Of a DNA stretch of 45,433 bases, positions 38,838 to 45,433 are shown one piece after another. The stretch comes from a virus (taxonomy: Duplodnaviria > Caudoviricetes), in the IMG/VR virus record IMGVR_UViG_3300025018_000220, positions 1-45,433 of that record, one strand, 5' to 3'. Position 1 is the stretch's first letter. Each line of letters begins with the position of its first letter. The translations under genes were made by a program, and so were the position numbers. The notes under the pieces are model-generated. The model saw only the letters and a list, made by a program, of their open reading frames with translations. It searched no databases and was not told the DNA's origin.

Positions 38838-39032
38838 TCAGGTTCCCACTGAATCGGAGACTATATCAGCATCCAATTCAGCGGTTTCAGGCTGCAAGAA
38901 AATTGCCATAATTCGGTCTGTAGCCTCATCGCAATCAATAAACCTCTCCTTGCATGTGGCCACCTCAACCCGCACCGCCTCCCGTATAGAAGCCAAGTCT
39001 ATCACACCTTCCGCTGTTATTGGTTTATTCAT
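38838..39032 (-). CDS. Hypothetical protein
   Basis: GGAGG RBS; shares AT.RIMA.F with 39294-39911. Confidence 0.6.
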   Translation of the reverse strand: MNKPITAEGVIDLASIREAVRVEVATCKERFIDCDEATDRIMAIFLQPETAELDADIVSDSVGT

Positions 39033-39086
39033 TTAATCCTCCCGAAGCAGCTGTTATTGGTTTATTCATTTAATCCTCCCGAAGCA
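39013..39086. repeat. Perfect 37-bp tandem duplication of a gene junction
   Basis: GCTGTTATTGGTTTATTCATTTAATCCTCCCGAAGCA x2. Confidence 0.95.
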
Positions 39087-39244
39087 GCAAAGGCAATTAA
39101 CCCCGCCGTCACGGCGAAAGGCAAGGCCGCAATCATAGCCCGCCAAAGCGGTAAAGGCGGTCGCCGGTCCAAATCATCAAACATGTTCGCAGCGGTGAGG
39201 CCTATGAAAAACACAACAAAGACGAATACGAGCCAGAACATCAT
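39062..39244 (-). CDS. Small membrane protein (two hydrophobic segments)
   Basis: FWLVFVFVVFFIGL and AMIAALPFAVTAGLIAF. Confidence 0.6.
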   Translation of the reverse strand: MMFWLVFVFVVFFIGLTAANMFDDLDRRPPLPLWRAMIAALPFAVTAGLIAFAASGGLNE

Positions 39245-39293
39245 CCACCTACAGAATTAGACGAAGCGGCTTGTATGGCTTTATCGAGTTTAG

Positions 39294-39911
39294 TCATTCC
39301 GTCTCTCCATATTTGGCGCGCATAGACCAGTCGCCACCAAATATGCGCTCCCGATAAAGTTTTTGCTTGAACTCTTCGGAAAGCTCTTTGGAAGAAGACA
39401 TTTCCGGAAGGGGTGCGGATGCATTATTGGTTCGGCAAACAAAGATAGACAGATCAGCCCCATCGGACAGATCATAATAAAAAGAATCATAATTGAGTTT
39501 AGGCATCATCTCCTCTCCATATTCAGGTGCAGCAGCCAAGGCCACGCGATAAAGCGTTTCTGCATACTCGTATTCAACATTGGGCATATCGTTATCGGCC
39601 AGCCATTCGAATATCGCGCGAATTGTGTCGTGGGTCGGCTCTAACGGCACCAGCTTCCATCCGGCTTGAACAACCTCATGTCGGGACTCCAAGATCGGTC
39701 GGGATTTAACACCGGCATACTCGCCAGACTCAATCTTGCTGATTTCTTCGTCCGCCCATTCTAAGGCCTCTGGACTGACTTTTGGCGCGAACATCGCCAT
39801 GATGCGGGCCGTAGCCTTATCAGGGTCAGGATCACCAACATCGCTATACAGATCATCCGCGTAATCCATGATGATCGCCTTTATTGTTTTATGAATGTCT
39901 GTATGCGTCAT
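39294..39911 (-). CDS. Mosaic hypothetical phage protein
   Basis: AGWKLVPLEPT....YRVALAAAP module common in small phage proteins; higher GC. Confidence 0.7.
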   Translation of the reverse strand: MTHTDIHKTIKAIIMDYADDLYSDVGDPDPDKATARIMAMFAPKVSPEALEWADEEISKIESGEYAGVKSRPILESRHEVVQAGWKLVPLEPTHDTIRAIFEWLADNDMPNVEYEYAETLYRVALAAAPEYGEEMMPKLNYDSFYYDLSDGADLSIFVCRTNNASAPLPEMSSSKELSEEFKQKLYRERIFGGDWSMRAKYGETE

Positions 39912-39962
39912 GATTTTTATACTTTTCTGCTGGTTGTTCGTGTCAATTTTAATGTGTTTAAT

Positions 39963-39991
39963 AATATAACAAATATGATTGTCTTTGTCAA
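39963..39991 (-). promoter_or_regulatory. sigma70-like early promoter TTGACA-17-TATATT
   Basis: Perfect -35, extended TG. Confidence 0.65.
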
Positions 39992-40169
39992 TGAACTACT
40001 ATGAGCCTAAAAGCACCGCAGCTTCCTCTCCAGATGAGAAGAATTTTTCCTGCTTCCTTAATACATAACCAGATATTCTCCAGTTAGTGGTATCTCCACA
40101 GGCGTATATTCGGTGTGTCCCACACCTATTTATCGATTCAAGTGTAAACACCCGAGGACTTTTTAGTTA

Positions 40170-40292
40170 TCAGGTAGTTGACATGATTAATGATTCTGCT
40201 TCTTTATCAAGGACAACCCACGTAACATCATTTATAGCAGCCCATATGACATCCCATGCAGCAAACAGTATGGCATTATTTGCATTTGTCAG
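40170..40292 (-). pseudogene. Degenerate terminal unit (CTG in place of ATG; ends VLDKEAESLIMSTT)
   Basis: Hand-translated TNANNAILFAAWDVIWAAINDVTWVVLDKEAESL. Confidence 0.5.
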
Positions 40293-40444
40293 AATGTTTT
40301 AATCTCTTCATCAAGAGCATACCATATGGCCAACCATGTGGCATTACTTGTGGCATTACTTGTGGCCTTCCATGTGGCCAACCATGTGGCATTACTTGTG
40401 GCATTACTTGTGGCATTCAATGTGGCATTACTTGCATTTTTCAT
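40289..40444 (-). CDS. xxAT-repeat micro-protein, 51 aa, ends ALDEEIKTF
   Basis: Hand-translated; ATGA overlap at its start. Confidence 0.7.
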   Translation of the reverse strand: MKNASNATLNATSNATSNATWLATWKATSNATSNATWLAIWYALDEEIKTF

Positions 40445-40620
40445 AATGATTCCACTTCATTATCAAGAGCATCCCTTGTGGCATGCTTTGTGGCAGACAC
40501 TGTTACATACCCCGTGGCCTTCCATGTGGCATTCAATGTGGTATACCATGTGGCCAACCATGTGGCATTACTTGTGGCATTCAATGTGGCCTTCCATGTG
40601 GCATTACTTGCATTTGTCAT
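40441..40620 (-). CDS. xxAT-repeat micro-protein, 59 aa
   Basis: Hand-translated; one aa different from 5-184. Confidence 0.75.
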   Translation of the reverse strand: MTNASNATWKATLNATSNATWLATWYTTLNATWKATGYVTVSATKHATRDALDNEVESL

Positions 40621-40796
40621 AATGATTCCACTTCTTTATTAAGAGCATACCATGTGGCCTTACTTGTGGCATGCTTTGTGGCATTCAATGTGGTATACCA
40701 TATGGCCAACCATGTGGCATTACTTGTGGCATTACTTGTGGCCTTCCATGTGGCATTACTTGTGGCAGACCCTGTGGCCTTCTTTGCATTTTTCAT
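40617..40796 (-). CDS. xxAT-repeat micro-protein, 59 aa, ends ALNKEVESL
   Basis: Hand-translated; ATGA overlaps. Confidence 0.75.
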   Translation of the reverse strand: MKNAKKATGSATSNATWKATSNATSNATWLAIWYTTLNATKHATSKATWYALNKEVESL

Positions 40797-40984
40797 AATG
40801 ATTCCACTTCATTATCAAGAGCATCCCTTGTGGCATGCTTTGTGGCAGACACTGTTACATACCCCGTGGCCTTCCATGTGGCATTACTTGTGGCATTCAA
40901 TGTGGTATACCATGTGGCATTACTTGTGGCATCCATTGTGGCATCCATTATGGCAGACCCTGTGGCCTTCTTTGCATTTTTCAT
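40793..40984 (-). CDS. xxAT-repeat micro-protein, 63 aa (MKNAKKATGSAIMDAT...)
   Basis: ORF track with start reassigned to the junction ATG. Confidence 0.7.
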   Translation of the reverse strand: MKNAKKATGSAIMDATMDATSNATWYTTLNATSNATWKATGYVTVSATKHATRDALDNEVESL

Positions 40985-41138
40985 AATGATTATCAAGAGC
41001 ATCCCTTGTGGCATGCTTTGTGGCATTCAATGTGGTATACCATATGGCATTCAATGTGGTATACCATATGGCATTCAATGTGGCATTACTTGTGGCATTA
41101 CTTGTGGCATTCAATGTGGCATTGCTTGCATTTGTCAT
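40920..41138 (-). CDS. xxAT-repeat micro-protein with frameshifted tail (10-bp junction deletion)
   Basis: RDALDN then HYEKCKEG...; GAAGTGGAAT missing near 40990. Confidence 0.65.
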   Translation of the reverse strand: MTNASNATLNATSNATSNATLNAIWYTTLNAIWYTTLNATKHATRDALDNHYEKCKEGHRVCHNGCHNGCHK

Positions 41139-41332
41139 AATGATTCCACTTCATTATCAAGAGCATCACTTGTGGCATCCCTTGTGGCAGACACTGTTAC
41201 ATACCCCGTGGCCTTCCATGTGGCATTCAATGTGGTATACCATGTGGCATGCTTTGTGGCATTCAATGTGGCATACCATGTGGCATCCATTGTGGTGGTA
41301 TTTGCGGTATTCATGGTGTCATCTTTTGTCAT
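41135..41332 (-). CDS. xxAT-repeat micro-protein, 65 aa
   Basis: ORF track; conserved tail. Confidence 0.75.
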   Translation of the reverse strand: MTKDDTMNTANTTTMDATWYATLNATKHATWYTTLNATWKATGYVTVSATRDATSDALDNEVESL

Positions 41333-41508
41333 AATGATTCCACTTCTTTATCAAGTGCATCGGTAATACTGTAATACAAAATAGCAGTAACCCCTGTGAT
41401 GTGATCCCGTGTACACAGATGCACAGCTTTGCGTGTTTCATAATGCATCAGAGTATGAACACATTTGTAATTATAATATATCGGATTTATTATATCTGTT
41501 TTAATCAT
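41329..41508 (-). CDS. Non-repetitive 59-aa micro-protein with the family tail DALDKEVESL
   Basis: Hand-translated MIKTDIINPIYYNYKCVHTLMHYETRKAVHLCTRDHITGVTAILYYSITDALDKEVESL; GGAAG RBS. Confidence 0.65.
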   Translation of the reverse strand: MIKTDIINPIYYNYKCVHTLMHYETRKAVHLCTRDHITGVTAILYYSITDALDKEVESL

Positions 41509-41561
41509 ACTGTATCTTCCAAAATCTCATGATTTAATACATTTATTCACAGACATTGGGC

Positions 41562-41768
41562 TTACCGGGGTGTTATATTTGCCGGAAACAGAGCCAAAGG
41601 CGGATGACCAACGCCGTTCCATTCCGATGTAGCATCACAACAAATAGAAACAGCAGTCATTCCTAAAAATACACCTGCATCTTTCAAATAGAACGTTAAG
41701 TTTTTGCCATCTTGTTGCAACCATGCCCGGTGCTTGTCATTCCAAATATGAAACAATCCAGTCATCAT
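41562..41768 (-). CDS. Hypothetical protein
   Basis: GGAGG RBS, directly after promoter. Confidence 0.7.
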   Translation of the reverse strand: MMTGLFHIWNDKHRAWLQQDGKNLTFYLKDAGVFLGMTAVSICCDATSEWNGVGHPPLALFPANITPR

Positions 41769-41786
41769 GATCCTCCATAAAAAACA

Positions 41787-41815
41787 TGTATAACAGGATA
41801 TTTATATTTTGTCAA
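41787..41815 (-). promoter_or_regulatory. sigma70-like promoter TTGACA-17-TATACA with TATAAATA nested in the spacer
   Basis: Direct reading; upstream of array B. Confidence 0.65.
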
Positions 41816-41954
41816 TAGATATTCTATACTTCTCCGTTAATTTCTATTACTTGTCTAACCCAATTCTTCACACAATATGATTTTCTGTTCTGACCAAAAT
41901 CGTAAAGATGCAGTTGGATTAAGAGCAACACTCATTGTATTCTTTTTAACAGTA

Positions 41955-41984
41955 ATCAATATCAATATCAATATCAATATCAAT
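41955..41984. repeat. Hexamer microsatellite (ATCAAT)5
   Basis: Direct reading. Confidence 0.9.
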
Positions 41985-42109
41985 ACGATCACGCTGTCCA
42001 TGGTGTGTTTCATATTGATTCAACATCTTCGTGTCATTCCCTATGATGCTAATCATTGTTTAGATTATATTCGCTAAAGCATTACTCTTTGTAGTACATT
42101 TTACGTTTG

Positions 42110-42286
42110 TCATAATGTTTTCACTTCTTTATCAAGGGCCTCCCATGTGGCCTTCCATGTGGCCTCATTTGTGGTATGCAATGTGGCCTCCCATGTGGCC
42201 TCACTTGTAGCATCCCATGTGTCATTCTTCGTGGCCACCCATGTGGTCTCAATCGTGTTATACTTTGTATTTCTTGTGTTCTTCAT
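42110..42286 (-). CDS. xxAT-repeat micro-protein, 58 aa, ends ALDKEVKTL
   Basis: Hand-translated ...TWDATSEATWEATLHTTNEATWKATWEALDKEVKTL; ATGA overlaps. Confidence 0.7.
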   Translation of the reverse strand: MKNTRNTKYNTIETTWVATKNDTWDATSEATWEATLHTTNEATWKATWEALDKEVKTL

Positions 42287-42405
42287 AATGAGTTAACCTC
42301 TTTATCAAGACCATATTTTACAGGAGGAGTCTTAGAACGATTTGAAACTCTTATTAGATTATGGGCAGTAATATCCCACGATGGCGTGTCATTATTATTA
42401 TTCAT
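42283..42405 (-). CDS. Diverged micro-protein family member, ends GLDKEVNSL
   Basis: Hand-translated, 40 aa; 5' end uncertain. Confidence 0.45.
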   Translation of the reverse strand: MNNNNDTPSWDITAHNLIRVSNRSKTPPVKYGLDKEVNSL

Positions 42406-42501
42406 TGCAGCACCACGCGCCACATTGCGAATGTTGTATATAGCACGTGTTCATATGTGAACTGCCCGATGTCCTCGGGCTTTACGCTCGAATCGATAAA
42501 G

Positions 42502-42536
42502 AAAAGTGGGCCACTATGAAAAACACAGTGACCCAT
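42502..42536 (-). terminator. Rho-independent terminator
   Basis: TGGGTCACTGTG-loop-CATAGTGGCCCA followed by CTTTTCTTT. Confidence 0.7.
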
Positions 42537-42544
42537 TATCAAAA

Positions 42545-42928
42545 TTAGTCTGCGACCCGGCGAGCCAGTTTGGTCAGTGGGTCAACTTCCACATTGTTGG
42601 TGATGAGATAGTTACCCGGTTGGACAATTTGTCCAGCATGCGGGGAACTTGCATCTTGTTTCAGTGCAGACGGCTCATCCACAATTGCATAGAGAATTTC
42701 CATGCCTTTGTGTGTGCCGGTGTAAACCTTTGAGGCCCGTTCCAGCACGTGGTGGTGACCAGTCTCAGAGTGGCCAACAATGTAGCCTTTTCCGGGTGTT
42801 GGTTCTGCCGGGGTAAATCCAGTCAGGTCAACATCTCCTTTGTCAATGCGGAAGAAATTGACTTCCCCGTGGGCATTAGTGATCTTGCCAGCTTGGACGT
42901 TTGTAAATGGATCATTCATTTCAGTCAT
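42545..42928 (-). CDS. Small His-motif protein of the type found beside DUF6745 genes
   Basis: HGEV, GHSETGHHHVL, H.....PG.Y, ARRVAD C-terminus. Confidence 0.75.
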   Translation of the reverse strand: MTEMNDPFTNVQAGKITNAHGEVNFFRIDKGDVDLTGFTPAEPTPGKGYIVGHSETGHHHVLERASKVYTGTHKGMEILYAIVDEPSALKQDASSPHAGQIVQPGNYLITNNVEVDPLTKLARRVAD

Positions 42929-42934
42929 GATTGT

Positions 42935-44095
42935 TTAACTCCGTTGAGAGGGTTTAGAATAAAGATGCGCTGGTATGCGAGCATGCCATGCGTGGGCATG
43001 ATGCAGGTCAACACGTTCCAGCGCGTCACGGTCAACTGCTTCCATCATCTCGCCATTGCGAGGACAATGAAATTTTAGATATAACACTGTTTCGGGCAGA
43101 TCAGCAATAGATACTTCAATCAAATCGCCAACTAACGGATCAGGGTCACTATCAATGATATTATGCGGCAAGTCATTCAACATGCGGCTCATGCCAACAA
43201 TTGAAATGCCAGCTGCCCGTGTTTCTACTGATTCGGTTGTCAAAATTTCTGATGGCGAAACCTGATCTGGCGCATTGATCCAATGCCCCGGAACGTTGGT
43301 GTTGTGCCAGTAGTAAAGTTCCCAACCGTCACGCCAACGGTGCGACGGGCCGACCTCGCAGTGTGGTAGATTCTCTTCGTCAACATAAATGTTTTGAGGG
43401 AAATCTGAAACAATGCAGAACTTGTCATGCAACACACGCGGTCCACCATGAATGGCAGCTTCTTCCCACGGTGTATACTTTTTATACTCCGGCAATTGCA
43501 GGCCAAGAATATCTCTGGCAGCAGCAATAAAACATTCCGATGACACCCACATATTACCACCTTGATATGCAAATGACCATTCCTTTGTATGTTTAAAGCA
43601 GTTGGCATGAAGCGCCCGTGCAGCACGACGAGCAGATGCAGATGCATTTTGTGATGGTATACTGGATTGTTTCAGATCATCATAGTCAACGGGCGAACCG
43701 ATAGTTGCATTCAGTGCGGCAACAATTACTGAATTGTATACCGCATCTGCATCACTATCTGACATAGATGCAACCAATTCGTCTAATGGTGTTGCAAGTG
43801 CTGTTTGAGGATCATTCTCGTTTTCTTTAAGCAATGCACAAGCTGCACCATATGCATAAATCATGGAAAGAGGGGAAGACGCGATGGCCACACGTGGTTC
43901 ATCGATGTCTGTTACACGGTACAATTCTTTAATCGGAGAAATAATACTAGCCGGGTCAATAGGTTCTGTGCGGAAAGCACGGGAAATCCACAAGGATGAC
44001 AATTCTGCCATCTTGTGCCGTTCATCAGATGTAATACCACCACTGGCATAATCAGGGCGGCGAATGATTTTTTCTTTAATTTGCTCGTCAGACAT
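42935..44095 (-). CDS. DUF6745-like protein
   Basis: KFCIVSDFP..I.VDEENLPHCEVGPSHRWRDGWELYYWHNT.VP; AGGAG RBS. Confidence 0.75.
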   Translation of the reverse strand: MSDEQIKEKIIRRPDYASGGITSDERHKMAELSSLWISRAFRTEPIDPASIISPIKELYRVTDIDEPRVAIASSPLSMIYAYGAACALLKENENDPQTALATPLDELVASMSDSDADAVYNSVIVAALNATIGSPVDYDDLKQSSIPSQNASASARRAARALHANCFKHTKEWSFAYQGGNMWVSSECFIAAARDILGLQLPEYKKYTPWEEAAIHGGPRVLHDKFCIVSDFPQNIYVDEENLPHCEVGPSHRWRDGWELYYWHNTNVPGHWINAPDQVSPSEILTTESVETRAAGISIVGMSRMLNDLPHNIIDSDPDPLVGDLIEVSIADLPETVLYLKFHCPRNGEMMEAVDRDALERVDLHHAHAWHARIPAHLYSKPSQRS

Positions 44096-44125
44096 TAAAA
44101 ACTCCTGTGATCTAATGACATAACT

Positions 44126-44154
44126 CTTATACGAGCAATTTAAATCAATGTCAA
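44126..44154 (-). promoter_or_regulatory. sigma70-like early promoter TTGACA-17-TATAAG
   Basis: Near consensus, directly upstream of the DUF6745-like gene. Confidence 0.7.
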
Positions 44155-44304
44155 CTATTTATGATACAATTTGTATAATTGTAATGTTTTCACTTCCTCA
44201 ATTAGTCAACTGGATGATCAGTCTTGCTTTTTAGTTGCATCAAAAAAGAGATTGAATATTACTTGTTCTAAATCAAAATCACCCATTAATATCACTCACA
44301 AATT

Positions 44305-44381
44305 TGGTGGGCACTGCAGGACTCGAACCTGCGACCAAGCGGTTATGAGCCGCCAGCTCTGACCAACTGAGCTAAGTGCCC
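44305..44381 (-). tRNA. tRNA with CAT anticodon, most like tRNA-Ile2 (lysidine type), CCA encoded
   Basis: GGGCACT/AGTGCCC acceptor stem, TAGCTCAGTTGG D-arm, GGCGG-CTCATAA-CCGCT anticodon arm, GGTTCGAGTCC T-arm; paired 1:72 and no triple GC, so not an initiator. Confidence 0.92.
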
Positions 44382-44416
44382 TAAGCAGTGATATCATACT
44401 GAAAGCATCAGTCAAG

Positions 44417-44716
44417 CTATTTACTGGTATCACAGGATTTTACCAAATCGGCAACAAGTGCTCTCATATTTGGCGTCAATCCGGGTATACGGTTCAACAA
44501 ATCCAATCGGGCAGCCATAGTCATCAATGATAAAACATCATTGTTTCTGTTCCAATGTTCAGTTTGCCCATGTAGGTCTGCCAAATCACGCTTAATAGAC
44601 TTTTTAACAGATTTGATCTGGTCCTTTGGAATACAGATCGAATCATTGACCACATACTGAAACACATATTGTTTACGATTGTAACTTATATATGCATCAT
44701 ATGAATGCCCTTGCAT
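44417..44716 (-). CDS. Hypothetical protein
   Basis: TGATG coupling and GGAG RBS before ATG 44716. Confidence 0.65.
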   Translation of the reverse strand: MQGHSYDAYISYNRKQYVFQYVVNDSICIPKDQIKSVKKSIKRDLADLHGQTEHWNRNNDVLSLMTMAARLDLLNRIPGLTPNMRALVADLVKSCDTSK

Positions 44717-44973
44717 CAGAAGAGACTCCATATTGAAGGAATAGTGAAACTTAAACCAAATGTAACCAATGCCCAAAAAAGCCGTATTTCCCACATTGCC
44801 ATTGTATACCTTTCATATGTGATGCCATGGAATTTAGTTAATTTGGCGTGACCATGTTTATGGATAAGTCTGACAAAGGATTTCTGGTTTGAGAAAAATA
44901 TATTTCTCCACAACAGATAAATCACCACGATATGACCCAAACCATTAATCCATATCTGAACAATTGTATTCAT
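44716..44973 (-). CDS. Small membrane protein
   Basis: GGAGGT RBS; two hydrophobic segments. Confidence 0.65.
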   Translation of the reverse strand: MNTIVQIWINGLGHIVVIYLLWRNIFFSNQKSFVRLIHKHGHAKLTKFHGITYERYTMAMWEIRLFWALVTFGLSFTIPSIWSLF

Positions 44974-44988
44974 AATACCTCCCGGAAT

Positions 44989-45021
44989 GTGTTGGGGCCA
45001 GTATCACACTGGCCCCAACAC
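44989..45021 (-). terminator. Strong hairpin after the HTH gene
   Basis: GTGTTGGGGCCAGT-5 nt-ACTGGCCCCAACAC; U-tract weak. Confidence 0.55.
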
Positions 45022-45023
45022 GG

Positions 45024-45257
45024 TTATGCGTAACGTGGCAACGAATAAATTGTCACAGGATATCCACGTGAATTGTTACGTGTACCATTCTGTACAATAT
45101 TACCTTCATTGACCAGTTCTGACAAACGGGTCGAAACTGTTCCACGGTTCAATCCATGGCGGGTAACAATTTCCTGACATGTGCGTCCACGGCCACGAGC
45201 AATAGTCAGTTCGGACAAAATCCGGTCAGAAACAGAGGTGATAGTAGATTTAGCCAT
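45024..45257 (-). CDS. Winged-helix HTH DNA-binding protein
   Basis: GRTCQEIVTRHGLNRGTVSTRLSELVNEGNI...GTR; GGAGAG RBS. Confidence 0.8.
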   Translation of the reverse strand: MAKSTITSVSDRILSELTIARGRGRTCQEIVTRHGLNRGTVSTRLSELVNEGNIVQNGTRNNSRGYPVTIYSLPRYA

Positions 45258-45433
45258 TCTTCTCTCCATTGGCTGGTTAACAAACCATACCATATGACAT
45301 TCTGCGCGCCTTCCAACTTTGTATCATTATGTTTTCTTCAGCACAAGACGAACATATAGTATGACGGCAATCATTGCCTTACAAGAAAAAACAAAATTTT
45401 GCACATAAATACCTATGACGCACATCGGAGAAC

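Larger units (their letters stand above)
40170..41508 (-). repeat. Tandem micro-gene array B (8 units), inverted relative to array A
   Basis: Same 12-bp modules and junctions as 1-515 in reverse complement. Confidence 0.95.

Noticed and set aside
40256-41366. Long plus-strand ORFs (VALLVAFNV, CGIQCG, LWHSMW repeats) and minus-strand ORF 3-350
   Set aside because: Antisense or alternate-frame shadows of the stop-poor repeat; only the xxAT frame has regular starts, stops, overlaps and a conserved tail
40170-41508. Diversity-generating retroelement template/variable repeats
   Set aside because: Variation is module shuffling rather than adenine-specific substitution, and no reverse transcriptase is visible

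Overview
AT-rich, gene-dense segment of a large T4-related (jumbo-type) myophage genome, standard genetic code. The host is probably an alphaproteobacterium, inferred from a Ros/MucR regulator. Core content: nucleotide metabolism (DHFR, ThyA carrying an ~260-aa in-frame endonuclease-like insertion, P-loop kinase, GMP reductase), RuvC-like resolvase, GroES, gp46/gp47 (SbcC/SbcD) nuclease, DNA methyltransferase, gp55-like late sigma factor and a second RpoH-like sigma factor. It also has a baseplate module (gp48/54-, gp53-, hub, gp5-amidase, gp25-, gp6-like), a double-domain MucR, a DUF6745-like operon and tRNA-Ile(CAT). The most unusual structure is a family of at least 14 micro-genes (40-72 aa), most chained by ATGA stop/start overlaps. 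Most are built from 12-bp GCCACA-anchored modules encoding x-x-A-T tetrapeptides and end in an ALD(N/K)EVESL-type tail whose DNA forms a small palindrome. They occur as tandem arrays in opposite orientation at 1-515 and 40.2-41.5 kb, with outliers at 1.2 and 42.1-42.4 kb next to the DUF6745-like operon. All family assignments are by motif recognition by eye; no database searches were run.
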